From positions 3,648,001 to 3,712,000 of the forward strand of contig OZ220741.1 in assembly GCA_965116885.1 (NCBI GenBank): a stretch of 64,000 bases of DNA, written 5' to 3'. Below the pieces are notes generated by a model. The model did no database searches, was not told the origin of the DNA, and saw only the letters and a list, made by a program, of their open reading frames with translations. Numbering within the stretch: position 1 is the stretch's first letter; the number at the start of each line of letters is the position of its first letter. This DNA is from Candidatus Latescibacterota bacterium. Its GTDB lineage: Bacteria > Latescibacterota > UBA2968. The translations under genes were made by a program, and so were the position numbers. This document shows positions 1 through 8,426 of the stretch, one piece after another.

Positions 1-798
1 ACGAAGCGGATTAACCGCGTTGTAGGACGCCAGAAACTCGCTGAAGTGAGCCAGCCACCAGCGACGGTGCTCATCCGTCTTATCCTTTGAAGGCAGGCCA
101 TTGCGACCTCGGTACTTGATCAGCGAAATCAGAGCTGTCGTGATGTCGTCAATCCGCTGTCCAATACTGATGTGATCGCAGTCGATGAACCCGCGAAATT
201 CACCCTTGACCATCCGGACATTTCCGCGATGCACGTCCTGGAATACTGGCTCCATAGGCAACGAAAACGCGATCAGTCGCAGGTGGCTTTCAACTTCACT
301 CAGCGTGTCCTCTACTCTTCGTCTTGCCTCATCAGAGAGTTTGGGTAGCGCCTCCGGAACATAGTCTTTGAAAAGTGGGTCATAGGCGTTGTCCTCCCAC
401 GTCTCGATGGGTCCCTCAAAGTCGGCCAAGATGGCGTGCAAGCGACCGTAGGCTGCTCCTATAGTTCGATAGAGCGGGCCTGAATCTGGGCCATAGAAGT
501 CAGGTTCGTCGTCTGGTAGGAAGGGCATCAAAATATAGATAGACGAGTCGATTCTGCTATAAGACAAGCCAGATCTGGTCTCGATCAGATAGGCTATGGG
601 AAGACCCGAGTCATGAACATGACGTGTGACTCGGAACTGAGTCTCAGTACGCACCAGCACATCGGGCGCGCCGACGTTCTTCAGAACGAAGCGCTCGCCT
701 GTGGTCGCCTCGACGTGATACACTTCTGGGACTGCGTCTGCTCTGATGCACTGGACGGAGATATCCCAGGTTTCCAGAGCCCGTTCAGCTTCTTTCAT
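1..798 (-). CDS. aminoglycoside phosphotransferase / homoserine kinase type II-like kinase (3' end outside window)
   Basis: Hand-translated, not in the ORF track: MKEAERALETWDI...ERFVLK...GRLHAILA...FQDVHRGNV...GFIDCD. Carries APH/choline-kinase-fold motifs (DxHxGN, IDxD). Frame is open to position 1. Confidence 0.75.
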   Translation of the reverse strand, partial: MKEAERALETWDISVQCIRADAVPEVYHVEATTGERFVLKNVGAPDVLVRTETQFRVTRHVHDSGLPIAYLIETRSGLSYSRIDSSIYILMPFLPDDEPDFYGPDSGPLYRTIGAAYGRLHAILADFEGPIETWEDNAYDPLFKDYVPEALPKLSDEARRRVEDTLSEVESHLRLIAFSLPMEPVFQDVHRGNVRMVKGEFRGFIDCDHISIGQRIDDITTALISLIKYRGRNGLPSKDKTDEHRRWWLAHFSEFLASYNAVNPLR

Positions 799-868
799 AT
801 GACCACCGATAGGCAGATGTTCCGGCAGGTCAATCCGCGCAGGGGTTGGGCGAAGGCCGAACCGCTCT
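797..868 (-). repeat. degenerate attC-like site
   Basis: Minus strand TTCGGCCTTCGCCCAACCCCTGCGCGG...GCCGGAAC...GTCATAT shares its core with the sites at 3633-3713 and 6093-6229. The R' box is degenerate (GTCATAT). Confidence 0.55.
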
Positions 869-896
869 TGAGTCGATCACGTCTCTTGTCGAGCGG

Positions 897-956
897 TTCT
901 TCTCGTACCTTCCTCTTCAAGCGCTTCCGTTCTGTCTTTTTTGCTTTCTTCCGATT
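897..956 (-). repeat. diverged copy of the 3' region of the gene at 2855-3598
   Basis: 57/60 identical to 2888-2947 by manual alignment. Confidence 0.9.
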
Positions 957-989
957 TCGAGAGCGACCACCGCCTTCGGGCTCTTCCCT

Positions 990-2612
990 CTACCGGGTGT
1001 CGGGCAACTCGAGGATCTGCGCTGCCTTCAACAACTCGGGACGTAACTCATCGTACGGCAGATCCTGCGTGTCGCAATCGGCATCCAGACACAGCCTTGC
1101 TGCCAGCCCAGCAGACTCTCCCAGGACCATGAAGACCGGCTCCATGCGCGCGCTACCGTAGGATATGTGAGAGGCCGAGAAACATACGGGGATGAACAGA
1201 TTTGCTGTCTCCCCCCTCTTTGGTACGATACTCCGGTAGCTTACGGGATAAGGGTCGGTCGGGGGGATCTGCACATCCCCTTCGTTGAGGACATGTGCCA
1301 CGCCCCCTTCGACACGTACGAATCGGGAGCAATTATGCGAGTCCATGGTGTAGCTACCCATCCCGATCGAGTCCTCTGCGACTGACTTCTGGTAGCAGTC
1401 GTGCTCAGTGATGACGTAGTCGCCGATCATCCGGCGACACTCGCGGATATACAATTGATGCGGCCAGTGCTCAGTATCGGTGAACTCGTCACTGGATAGA
1501 CCCCAGCGGCTGTAGGCGTCACGCACGCGCCGGGGAATCGCCGGTTCATTGGCCAGATGCCAGTAGAGACCGCGCTGATAATTGACGTGCGCCTGGAATA
1601 TGGCCTCTCGCTCCTCATAGCTGGCGGCGGGCCATTCCCACGATCTCCCGATGAAGTCACTGCTGATGGGGCCGTGGTTGTTGGTATCGGTTTTACAGTA
1701 GCCGCCGGGTGTTTTGTTCGGGAAGATGTCGAACTTCCCGGGTACTCCGCTGTCGCGTATGTGGGCAACCGGGTCGGCGCTGTGATTCGGATTCTGGCTG
1801 TCTCCGCCCACAGTGTTGAACCAGCGCGTCGCAAGGACATACTGGGCCGGGTCAAACGCGTCCGGCTTAGTCCAGTCGATCTTGTGCACAGGATCATCGG
1901 TCATGCATACGCGGAAGCAATAGGCTTGCACACGGTGATCGCCCTCGCCCTGTCGTGCCGCCAGATCGGTCTCCTCGATCTGAGGCAGCAGCCCGCTGTC
2001 CGGGTCACCCGGTTCCACGTAGGGATCTACGGTAAGACCGAACTGATGTTTTTCCCGCACCTGGATGCCGTTGAGCGTCTCACCGTAGATCTCATTTGCC
2101 TCACGCCCCACATGGAAGGAGACGCCGGCCTTCGCCATCAGGTCCCCCTCGTAGGAGCAGTCCATAAAGATCCTGGCGCGGACCCGGAGTCCACCAAGGA
2201 GCGTGATGGAAACGATACGTTGATCAATAGATTCGACGGCGTCCAGATACTGACCGTACCGGACATCGATACCGTTTTCCGAAATCCACGCATCGAAAAC
2301 AGCGTCGGCGACGTGGGGTTCGAACTGCCACTCTTCATTCTGTCCGTAGTGCCGTCCGACCTGGTTGTAGAAGGATCGGCTCAGTCCACCGATAACGTAC
2401 TTGCGGCCGAAGTCCGTCCACCCGAGTCCGCCGGTTGTCATGCCACCGATGTGTTGGCCCGGCTGGAGGATGACGACACGTAGCCCGGCCCGTGCGACTG
2501 TGACGGCTGCAGCGACACCCCCTGACGAGCCGCCGTAGATGCAGACATCCGTTTCGATGATCTCAGTTGTAGGTTCAATCCAGTCGCGATGGAAGTATTT
2601 GAGATTCGACAT
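990..2612 (-). CDS. FAD-dependent oxidoreductase (FAD_oxidored / xanthan-lyase-associated type)
   Basis: DVCIYGGSSGGVAAA dinucleotide-binding motif, GGMTTGGLG, DCSYEGDL, YIRECRRM, SARMEP. Start chosen at MSNLK. Confidence 0.8.
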   Translation of the reverse strand: MSNLKYFHRDWIEPTTEIIETDVCIYGGSSGGVAAAVTVARAGLRVVILQPGQHIGGMTTGGLGWTDFGRKYVIGGLSRSFYNQVGRHYGQNEEWQFEPHVADAVFDAWISENGIDVRYGQYLDAVESIDQRIVSITLLGGLRVRARIFMDCSYEGDLMAKAGVSFHVGREANEIYGETLNGIQVREKHQFGLTVDPYVEPGDPDSGLLPQIEETDLAARQGEGDHRVQAYCFRVCMTDDPVHKIDWTKPDAFDPAQYVLATRWFNTVGGDSQNPNHSADPVAHIRDSGVPGKFDIFPNKTPGGYCKTDTNNHGPISSDFIGRSWEWPAASYEEREAIFQAHVNYQRGLYWHLANEPAIPRRVRDAYSRWGLSSDEFTDTEHWPHQLYIRECRRMIGDYVITEHDCYQKSVAEDSIGMGSYTMDSHNCSRFVRVEGGVAHVLNEGDVQIPPTDPYPVSYRSIVPKRGETANLFIPVCFSASHISYGSARMEPVFMVLGESAGLAARLCLDADCDTQDLPYDELRPELLKAAQILELPDTR

Positions 2613-2854
2613 CGGTTGTGAACTCCGTATTTGTTGATAAATGTAGTGGTCGCAGTTTGTTGTGTTATGGACCATCACTGGTTCGAGGAGCCGACAGACC
2701 CTTCGAAAACTCAGACGACGTCTCTACCATTGAGAACCCGTAGTTTGCATAGAAAGCCTGGGCTCTGTGATTTTTCTCGTTAGTCGTCTGCTCCTAACAT
2801 GTCATTTTCGACGATCTTCAATCAGTATCTCTCCCGGATCTTTTCGGATTCATT

Positions 2855-3598
2855 TTATTCGCTTGAGGCACGCCTCCTGGTGAGCATTTCTTCTCGCACC
2901 TTCCTCTTCAAGCGCTCCCGTTCTGTCTTTTCTGCTTTCTTCCGATTGCGTTCCGTGGCCGCTGAAGCATATTGCTCTCTACTTGTCCTCACCTTATCCA
3001 GCCATTCTTGTCGTGTGGACAGGATTTCTGGGCTACTCTTGGAACCATAGCTGAGATTGTTCAGGAAGTCGATTATCTCGTTAGGCTTCCCGCCGATGAG
3101 ATCGAGTGCCCCCGGTCTCGACAGTCCACCTTCGAGTTCCCAGTGATACCTGTGAATCAGAGTATCGATCAGGATCATTTTTTCTTGAACTGATCGCGCA
3201 ACCCTATACTTTTGCACGTATTCTTTAAGGAACGCAGTCATGCCGGATGCAATAAGGTGTTTGCCTCGAAACGACTTCTGGTATTCGGCCCACGTCAATT
3301 CCCAGTTACACGATTCACAGCGAAGCAAGAACTCCTTATCGAAGTTGTGTTCAAGCCCGCGTTGGCAGTGGGGACATCTCGCGAGCCCGTTGTTCGCATC
3401 CCTTGCCTGGAAAATACTCTCGATTCTCACAAGCAGGCCAATCCCCACTTCGTTGATTAGCTCTTCATCCCGGATTCCTTGAGCATCCTTAGCATAGAGC
3501 TCCGCGATTTTCTGTCGAGGGATTCTACCCGCCCAAATTGGCCTGTCGTATCTGACTTTAGTCATTGGCTTTTTCTCCAGTTTTGCAGTTCTGATCAT
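2855..3598 (-). CDS. hypothetical protein with CxxC...CxxC zinc finger and basic coiled C-terminus
   Basis: 247-aa ORF with CPHC and CESC motifs; lies directly downstream of an attC-like R' box. Confidence 0.65.
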   Translation of the reverse strand: MIRTAKLEKKPMTKVRYDRPIWAGRIPRQKIAELYAKDAQGIRDEELINEVGIGLLVRIESIFQARDANNGLARCPHCQRGLEHNFDKEFLLRCESCNWELTWAEYQKSFRGKHLIASGMTAFLKEYVQKYRVARSVQEKMILIDTLIHRYHWELEGGLSRPGALDLIGGKPNEIIDFLNNLSYGSKSSPEILSTRQEWLDKVRTSREQYASAATERNRKKAEKTERERLKRKVREEMLTRRRASSE

Positions 3599-3632
3599 TG
3601 GCGTGATCCCGATAAGATGTATTTCTCATTAC

Positions 3633-3713
3633 ATATAACGTTTTACGGCTTGCGAACCGAGCAGGGGTTGGGCGAAGACCGAATGGCCGAAGCCGTGTGT
3701 GGACGTGTTAAGC
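3633..3713 (-). repeat. attC-like recombination site (81 bp)
   Basis: Minus strand GCTTAAC (RYYYAAC, overlapping the stop codon of the upstream gene)...ACGGCTT/AAGCCGT inverted repeat...GTTATAT. Confidence 0.7.
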
Positions 3714-4454
3714 ACCCTGTGGGGGACCGGATAGAGGTTTTCCCAACTTCATGAGTAATAACATCGGCCAACCGAGATCAAAATCCTCCGGAAACTCAGT
3801 CCAGTACTCCTTCGCCCTCGGCGACTTCTCAAGCAGGCATTCGTCAGCAAGATGCTCCTCAATGCGATCAATCTGAAGTTGGGCCTTCAAGGCCGCATTG
3901 ACATAGTCCGCGATCTGGTGGTGATAGCCCTCAACGTTAACCTTTTGGCCTGTCTTCATATCAGTGAAGCGAGCCTGTAGGCGACGGAGACGCATCGCTG
4001 GGTGGAGTTCTGAGATGAGAATGAAACCTCCTGGCCGACAGATCCTCGCCATTTCTCCGATTACTGGATCCAAGTCAGAAATGTGCTCCAGGACGAGGCA
4101 GCATAGGACGCGATCAAAGGTGTCATTGTTGAATGGGAGGCACGCTGTCAGATCATGGGTAACGAATCGCACATCGTGGTCTTTCGTCTTCTCAATAGCT
4201 TGCGCCATCATTTCTGGAGCGAAGTCAATTGCGGTCACTCTGGCACCTGCTTCTGACAGATAGAGGGTATGACGTCCCGTACCGCAGCCGATATCAGCGA
4301 CGCTGAGTTCTTGGACATCCCCCAACAGGGATCGCAATAGCGGCTCTTCCAAAATGATCAAGAAATTGTCCTGCGTATCGTACGTTTCAGACCAACGAGC
4401 GTAGCCTTGCCGAACAGGTACGGTTTCAAGATCGGCCCCAGACCCATTACTCAT
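3708..4454 (-). CDS. class I SAM-dependent methyltransferase
   Basis: ADIGCGTG motif I, FDRVLCCLVLEH, RPGG. Confidence 0.85.
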   Translation of the reverse strand: MSNGSGADLETVPVRQGYARWSETYDTQDNFLIILEEPLLRSLLGDVQELSVADIGCGTGRHTLYLSEAGARVTAIDFAPEMMAQAIEKTKDHDVRFVTHDLTACLPFNNDTFDRVLCCLVLEHISDLDPVIGEMARICRPGGFILISELHPAMRLRRLQARFTDMKTGQKVNVEGYHHQIADYVNAALKAQLQIDRIEEHLADECLLEKSPRAKEYWTEFPEDFDLGWPMLLLMKLGKPLSGPPQGA

Positions 4455-4495
4455 GTTGTATGTCTCCAGGATAATGCCGGTGGTTCTGCCCAAAG

Positions 4496-5095
4496 TTAAT
4501 TCTCAAATAAGATAGCCCCAACAGCATCGAGTCGATATTGGTTGCCATCGTATGCAATCGTCGTAACAGAGCATTCACGCATGACTTCACCACTGTATGG
4601 GTCATTGCAGAATTTCGGACTGATGCGACTCAGTTCTTCAGACGAAAAAACGTTGAGAAGGAAGTCTGCTAAGACACCACCATGGGTCACCCCGATCACA
4701 GTATCTTTGGATGACTGACGATAGCAATCGGAAACAAATGCCTCAATACGTCTGCCAGCCGCAATGCTTGAATCGCCAACACTGGGCCGGTAATCTCGTT
4801 CTGTGTTACAACGCTCCCACTGAGCCATGAATTCATCGAAAGATTGGCCTTTGATGTCACCCCAATTCATTCGTTCACGTAGCCGTGAATCTTCAGTAAC
4901 GTCAAGTTTCAAAATGGTGGCGATGATCTCTGCTGTTTCTCTTGTTCGTGCCAGTGGACTACTGAAGATTCGCGCGATGCCGTTTGATGCTAACTTCCTG
5001 GCGAGTAGTCTTGCCTCTTCTCGTCCCTTTGATGTCAATGAAGGGTCGCCGATCTTGCGATCTCTCTTACCGTGGCGAATAAAGTAAAAACGCAT
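4496..5095 (-). CDS. histidine phosphatase family protein
   Basis: FIRHG, SSPLARTRETA, LRER and VTHGG motifs. Confidence 0.85.
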   Translation of the reverse strand: MRFYFIRHGKRDRKIGDPSLTSKGREEARLLARKLASNGIARIFSSPLARTRETAEIIATILKLDVTEDSRLRERMNWGDIKGQSFDEFMAQWERCNTERDYRPSVGDSSIAAGRRIEAFVSDCYRQSSKDTVIGVTHGGVLADFLLNVFSSEELSRISPKFCNDPYSGEVMRECSVTTIAYDGNQYRLDAVGAILFEN

Positions 5096-5121
5096 TAAAT
5101 CTACCTGTCTTTCGATTTTTC

Positions 5122-6057
5122 TTATGCACAATCTGCCGGAGTGGGGTTGGGGAACTCTTGCGGCGCTTGCGCAAAAGACGCGATAGATGACGTGTACGCA
5201 TGGCCTCCTGCCAGTCTTCGCTTCTCGAGACTACTACGAAGCTCATCATACTCCCAATTCCCACTCTCGGCCTCCTCACGCCACTTCATGTTGTATGTCT
5301 CTCGCTTGCAAACGTCCAGGTGCTTCGGAGCTAGCGTGAGCCACGTCTTCCCTGAAGTAACACTTCCGAAGCCGTTAAAGCATGGGGAGTGCATGTAGAG
5401 CAAGTTCTTTGCCATGTACGTCAGATAGTCTTCTGAGCTGTACTTGGCTCCATTGTAACTCAGTTCGTTGTTGCAGAAGATAGTTTTGTGTCGGCAAAGT
5501 CGGTCCCTGGTCTCCCATGGGCTTAGGATCAGTTCTTCAGAGTCACATAGAAACGCATTGTACGAGGGGTCAACCATCACCCACTTCGAGCGAGAAGTAC
5601 ACCAAACCACCGTAACTACATGATTGTCATAGTCATATGGATTCAGAGGATTCAGAGACACTATTCGGCTCTGCAATCCCAGAGATAGGCAGGCCTCTGT
5701 TAGCACGATAGACAGCATGTAGCAGTTGATGCCATAGTCCTCACCTTTGCCGAACGAATAGCTCAGAAGTCCCGAAGCGTTCATAGGCAGCGCTTTGCAG
5801 ACCTCGGGCAGCGCTTTACTTATGTCACCTCTGTGGCATATGCCTTCAGACATCCACTGCATTAAGTTCAGGATTTTAGACCAGTCGTCTCCACCTCCTG
5901 CAACCTGATCAAGTCTATATGCCTCGCGCAGACGCTCGAGTTCAGGATGGGAGAGTTCATATTGGAAGCCAGGTGCCAACTCGTCTGGTAAGGAATCAAA
6001 CTCGTCAAACAAGCGTAAGAGCCCGCAGTTTAGTCTAAACTGATAATTCATCGTCAC
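5122..6057 (-). CDS. transglutaminase-like domain protein
   Basis: Cys-His-Asp triad pattern: GINCY, DNHVV, WVMVDP. Confidence 0.7.
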   Translation of the reverse strand: MTMNYQFRLNCGLLRLFDEFDSLPDELAPGFQYELSHPELERLREAYRLDQVAGGGDDWSKILNLMQWMSEGICHRGDISKALPEVCKALPMNASGLLSYSFGKGEDYGINCYMLSIVLTEACLSLGLQSRIVSLNPLNPYDYDNHVVTVVWCTSRSKWVMVDPSYNAFLCDSEELILSPWETRDRLCRHKTIFCNNELSYNGAKYSSEDYLTYMAKNLLYMHSPCFNGFGSVTSGKTWLTLAPKHLDVCKRETYNMKWREEAESGNWEYDELRSSLEKRRLAGGHAYTSSIASFAQAPQEFPNPTPADCA

Positions 6058-6092
6058 TACCTCAAGATATGTTGATTCTCTTTTCCCATTTC

Positions 6093-6229
6093 ATATATCG
6101 TTCCCGCCGTGCACGAACCCGCTGCAGATATAATATAGAGGAAAACCCTCCCATTCATTGGAGATTGTTAATTTGCAGCGGGTTGGGCGAAGGCCCTTAT
6201 GGCCTGAGCCGTGCATGGTCATGTTACAC
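6093..6229 (-). repeat. attC-like recombination site (137 bp)
   Basis: Minus strand GTGTAAC...CCATGCACG...CTTCGCCCAACCCGCTGCA-loop-TGCAGCGGGTT-CGTGCACGG...GATATAT. Perfect 11-bp inverted repeat at 6116-6126/6174-6184. Confidence 0.7.
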
Positions 6230-6252
6230 GGCGTGCCACACACTATGAGAGC

Positions 6253-7104
6253 TCAGGTTTCGGCTTCCTCGCGGATAACAGAAATGCTATCACCCATCTG
6301 AATAACATACTTGGGCTCTCCTTTCACTACGGCGACAACAGCCACCTCCCAGGGCATAGTTTTCTCACCCAATCTCATTCTTCTACGCTCTATTCTTCCG
6401 AAAACGGACCAGCCACTCTCTTCCAATTCCCTTATTTGGTCGTTCATTCTCGCGTTCGCTTCGACCCGTCCCCCTGGACCGATGTCATCCCATATGTCCC
6501 CCCAGTCTTGCAGTTCGTCTAGGAATTCGGCAATGAGCGGGACTTCCCCTGAGTCAGGATCGTCATTAAGGAACAGAGTAGCATCACAGAATCCAATTAT
6601 CCCACCAAGTTCTGATCCCATTCTAATTCTCGGCAATGGCTCCTCACTTTCTGCTCGATTTCTCAAATTCTCCACAATGTCAGGGCGAACGACCCCCAAC
6701 ACAGTCGCCACAACTACGCGAAGGCCGTGCTCCCACTTCACGGCGATTTTGTCCGCCAACGGAGGCGAAACAGCTCGAACATCCTTCTCATCGATACCAT
6801 ACCAGACAGGTAATATTACGTTCTGGCCGTCAATTTCCCGTTGGGCTAGTCCGTTCAGCTCTCGTTCCGGATAGTGTTTCCCGAAAAAGCATCTTGACAG
6901 TATGACTACTCCGAATCTGCAGCTTGCAAGACCTTCATCTACCTTAAGACGTAAGCTATCACCAAGTTTCAGTTCGGTTTGATCAAACCATACCGAGACA
7001 CCCAACTTACAAAGAAGCGTCGCCAATGGCCGAGCTACTGCCTCACGATCTTCAGAGGCATATGAAATAAACACATCCCACTGCTTGGGAGTTTGGCTGT
7101 TCAT
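6253..7104 (-). CDS. TIR-domain protein with C-terminal domain of unknown function
   Basis: WDVFISYASED...VWFD...GDSL...VVILS...ERELNGL...ILPVW is a classic bacterial TIR; the putative catalytic Glu is present. Confidence 0.85.
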   Translation of the reverse strand: MNSQTPKQWDVFISYASEDREAVARPLATLLCKLGVSVWFDQTELKLGDSLRLKVDEGLASCRFGVVILSRCFFGKHYPERELNGLAQREIDGQNVILPVWYGIDEKDVRAVSPPLADKIAVKWEHGLRVVVATVLGVVRPDIVENLRNRAESEEPLPRIRMGSELGGIIGFCDATLFLNDDPDSGEVPLIAEFLDELQDWGDIWDDIGPGGRVEANARMNDQIRELEESGWSVFGRIERRRMRLGEKTMPWEVAVVAVVKGEPKYVIQMGDSISVIREEAET

Positions 7105-7130
7105 GAGTCACTCAATACAGTTGACATGCC

Positions 7131-7161
7131 GTGTAACTACGGGATTAACGAACAGTTATGG
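7131..7161 (-). repeat. truncated attC or attI-like site at the head of the array
   Basis: Minus strand CCATAAC-TGTTC-GTTAATCC-CGTA-GTTACAC. GTTACAC is the complement of GTGTAAC at the far end of the TIR gene. Confidence 0.5.
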
Positions 7162-7176
7162 TAATACATACCAAAT

Positions 7177-7473
7177 CTATACTTTCTTGCGTGCTTCTAA
7201 CCATCGCTTTAGCGAACGTTGGCTCTCTCCTGAAGGTCGGCCAGCCCATACATTTTCGACACTAATATCCTCATCCAAATCAGGCCAATGGATGCCTTCG
7301 CCTCGACCGATGAGTCGCCAATTACAGCGCTCTTGATGGGTGCCATGCAATAGACGAGGATACCATTCTAAAGGGACGCTTATGCTTCGTCCATCAACTA
7401 AGTCTATCATTAGGGACTCATCATTGATAGAGATACATTCCGTAAGTGCAGGTTTGCAGTTGATATATACCAT
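7177..7473 (-). CDS. DUF2442-domain protein (putative antitoxin, orphan)
   Basis: DGRSISVPLEWYPRL...GIHWPDLDEDISVE signature. Confidence 0.8.
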   Translation of the reverse strand: MVYINCKPALTECISINDESLMIDLVDGRSISVPLEWYPRLLHGTHQERCNWRLIGRGEGIHWPDLDEDISVENVWAGRPSGESQRSLKRWLEARKKV

Positions 7474-7562
7474 TGTTTTACAGTGATATAGAAACTAAAA
7501 GCCCACGGTCAAAGGACGTGAGCTTTTAGTGTGATTCCTACCTTTCGCAACTGGTTTATAGA

Positions 7563-8312
7563 TCAAATTTCAGTTTTTTCCTTCAGGGAGAGAAGTTGAT
7601 CGCGTAGTTCTGCGGCGCGTTCGAAGTCTTCGAGGCCCACGGCTTCGCGGATTTGATCGCGCAGGTCCTGGGACAGGGATTTGGGGCGGTCGCGGCGAAT
7701 CTCGTCTGCCCATTCCTGGAGGAAGGCGATTTCTTCACTTTCGTCAATGAGGTCGTGACGGTCAAATTCTCTGAAGAAGGCTCGGAGTTCGTCAATGCCG
7801 TCGTCAATTTTTGACAGTGCCATATCATAGGCTTCGCGTTCGAGATACATCAGGACTTCGGCCCTTACGCGGTGTCCAATGACAAAGGGGCGATAGTGCT
7901 CAAACGCCATACGGTCTTCCTCGTCTTCTGCGTATTCTTTGACAAAGTCGAAAAGTTCGAGGTTGCGTTCGGCGTCTTTTTTGGCGTTGAGATATTCGCC
8001 TATTTCGAGAAAGCTAATGCGGCGATGATAATATTGGAGGGCTTCCATCTGGAGTTCCATACAGCTTTCAGAATTGAGCGCAAAGTTTTCTGGACCGCGT
8101 TTTTGCGCCAGCGCTTTGTAATAGTGCAAGAGCGATTCATACCCTTCGGGCTGTTGACCGTCGGGGCGACCGGTGACATCCATTTGTAAGATGCCCATTT
8201 CGATGCGGAGTTGAACTTTGGCGCGACCATCATTTCCTCTGATTTTGCGAACACACAATTGCCCGGGTTCACAGGGCCAGTCATCCAGAAGAGGCTGAAT
8301 ATCTTTACTCAT
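7563..8312 (-). CDS. UvrB/UvrC-motif-containing protein
   Basis: C-terminal EAVGLEDFERAAELRDQL UVR motif; N-terminal GRPDG conserved block. Confidence 0.7.
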   Translation of the reverse strand: MSKDIQPLLDDWPCEPGQLCVRKIRGNDGRAKVQLRIEMGILQMDVTGRPDGQQPEGYESLLHYYKALAQKRGPENFALNSESCMELQMEALQYYHRRISFLEIGEYLNAKKDAERNLELFDFVKEYAEDEEDRMAFEHYRPFVIGHRVRAEVLMYLEREAYDMALSKIDDGIDELRAFFREFDRHDLIDESEEIAFLQEWADEIRRDRPKSLSQDLRDQIREAVGLEDFERAAELRDQLLSLKEKTEI

Positions 8313-8426
8313 CGGTGCGTATCCTCCATTGATAGATTTACTGAGGAAAATAAGCTCGAATGCAGTTTACGGTAATCACTATATGTTGTCAAGAAATTAG
8401 CGGGAAGAGAGGGTGCTCTTCACGCC

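Noticed and set aside
613..2483. Long plus-strand ORFs (613-1161, 1557-2483) and similar antisense ORFs across the window
   Set aside because: Shadow frames opposite well-supported genes, with no recognisable motifs.
2640..2810. Further attC site (GTTAGGA, GACTAAC and CCATAAC boxes)
   Set aside because: Isolated heptamers with no convincing palindromic pairing or shared core.
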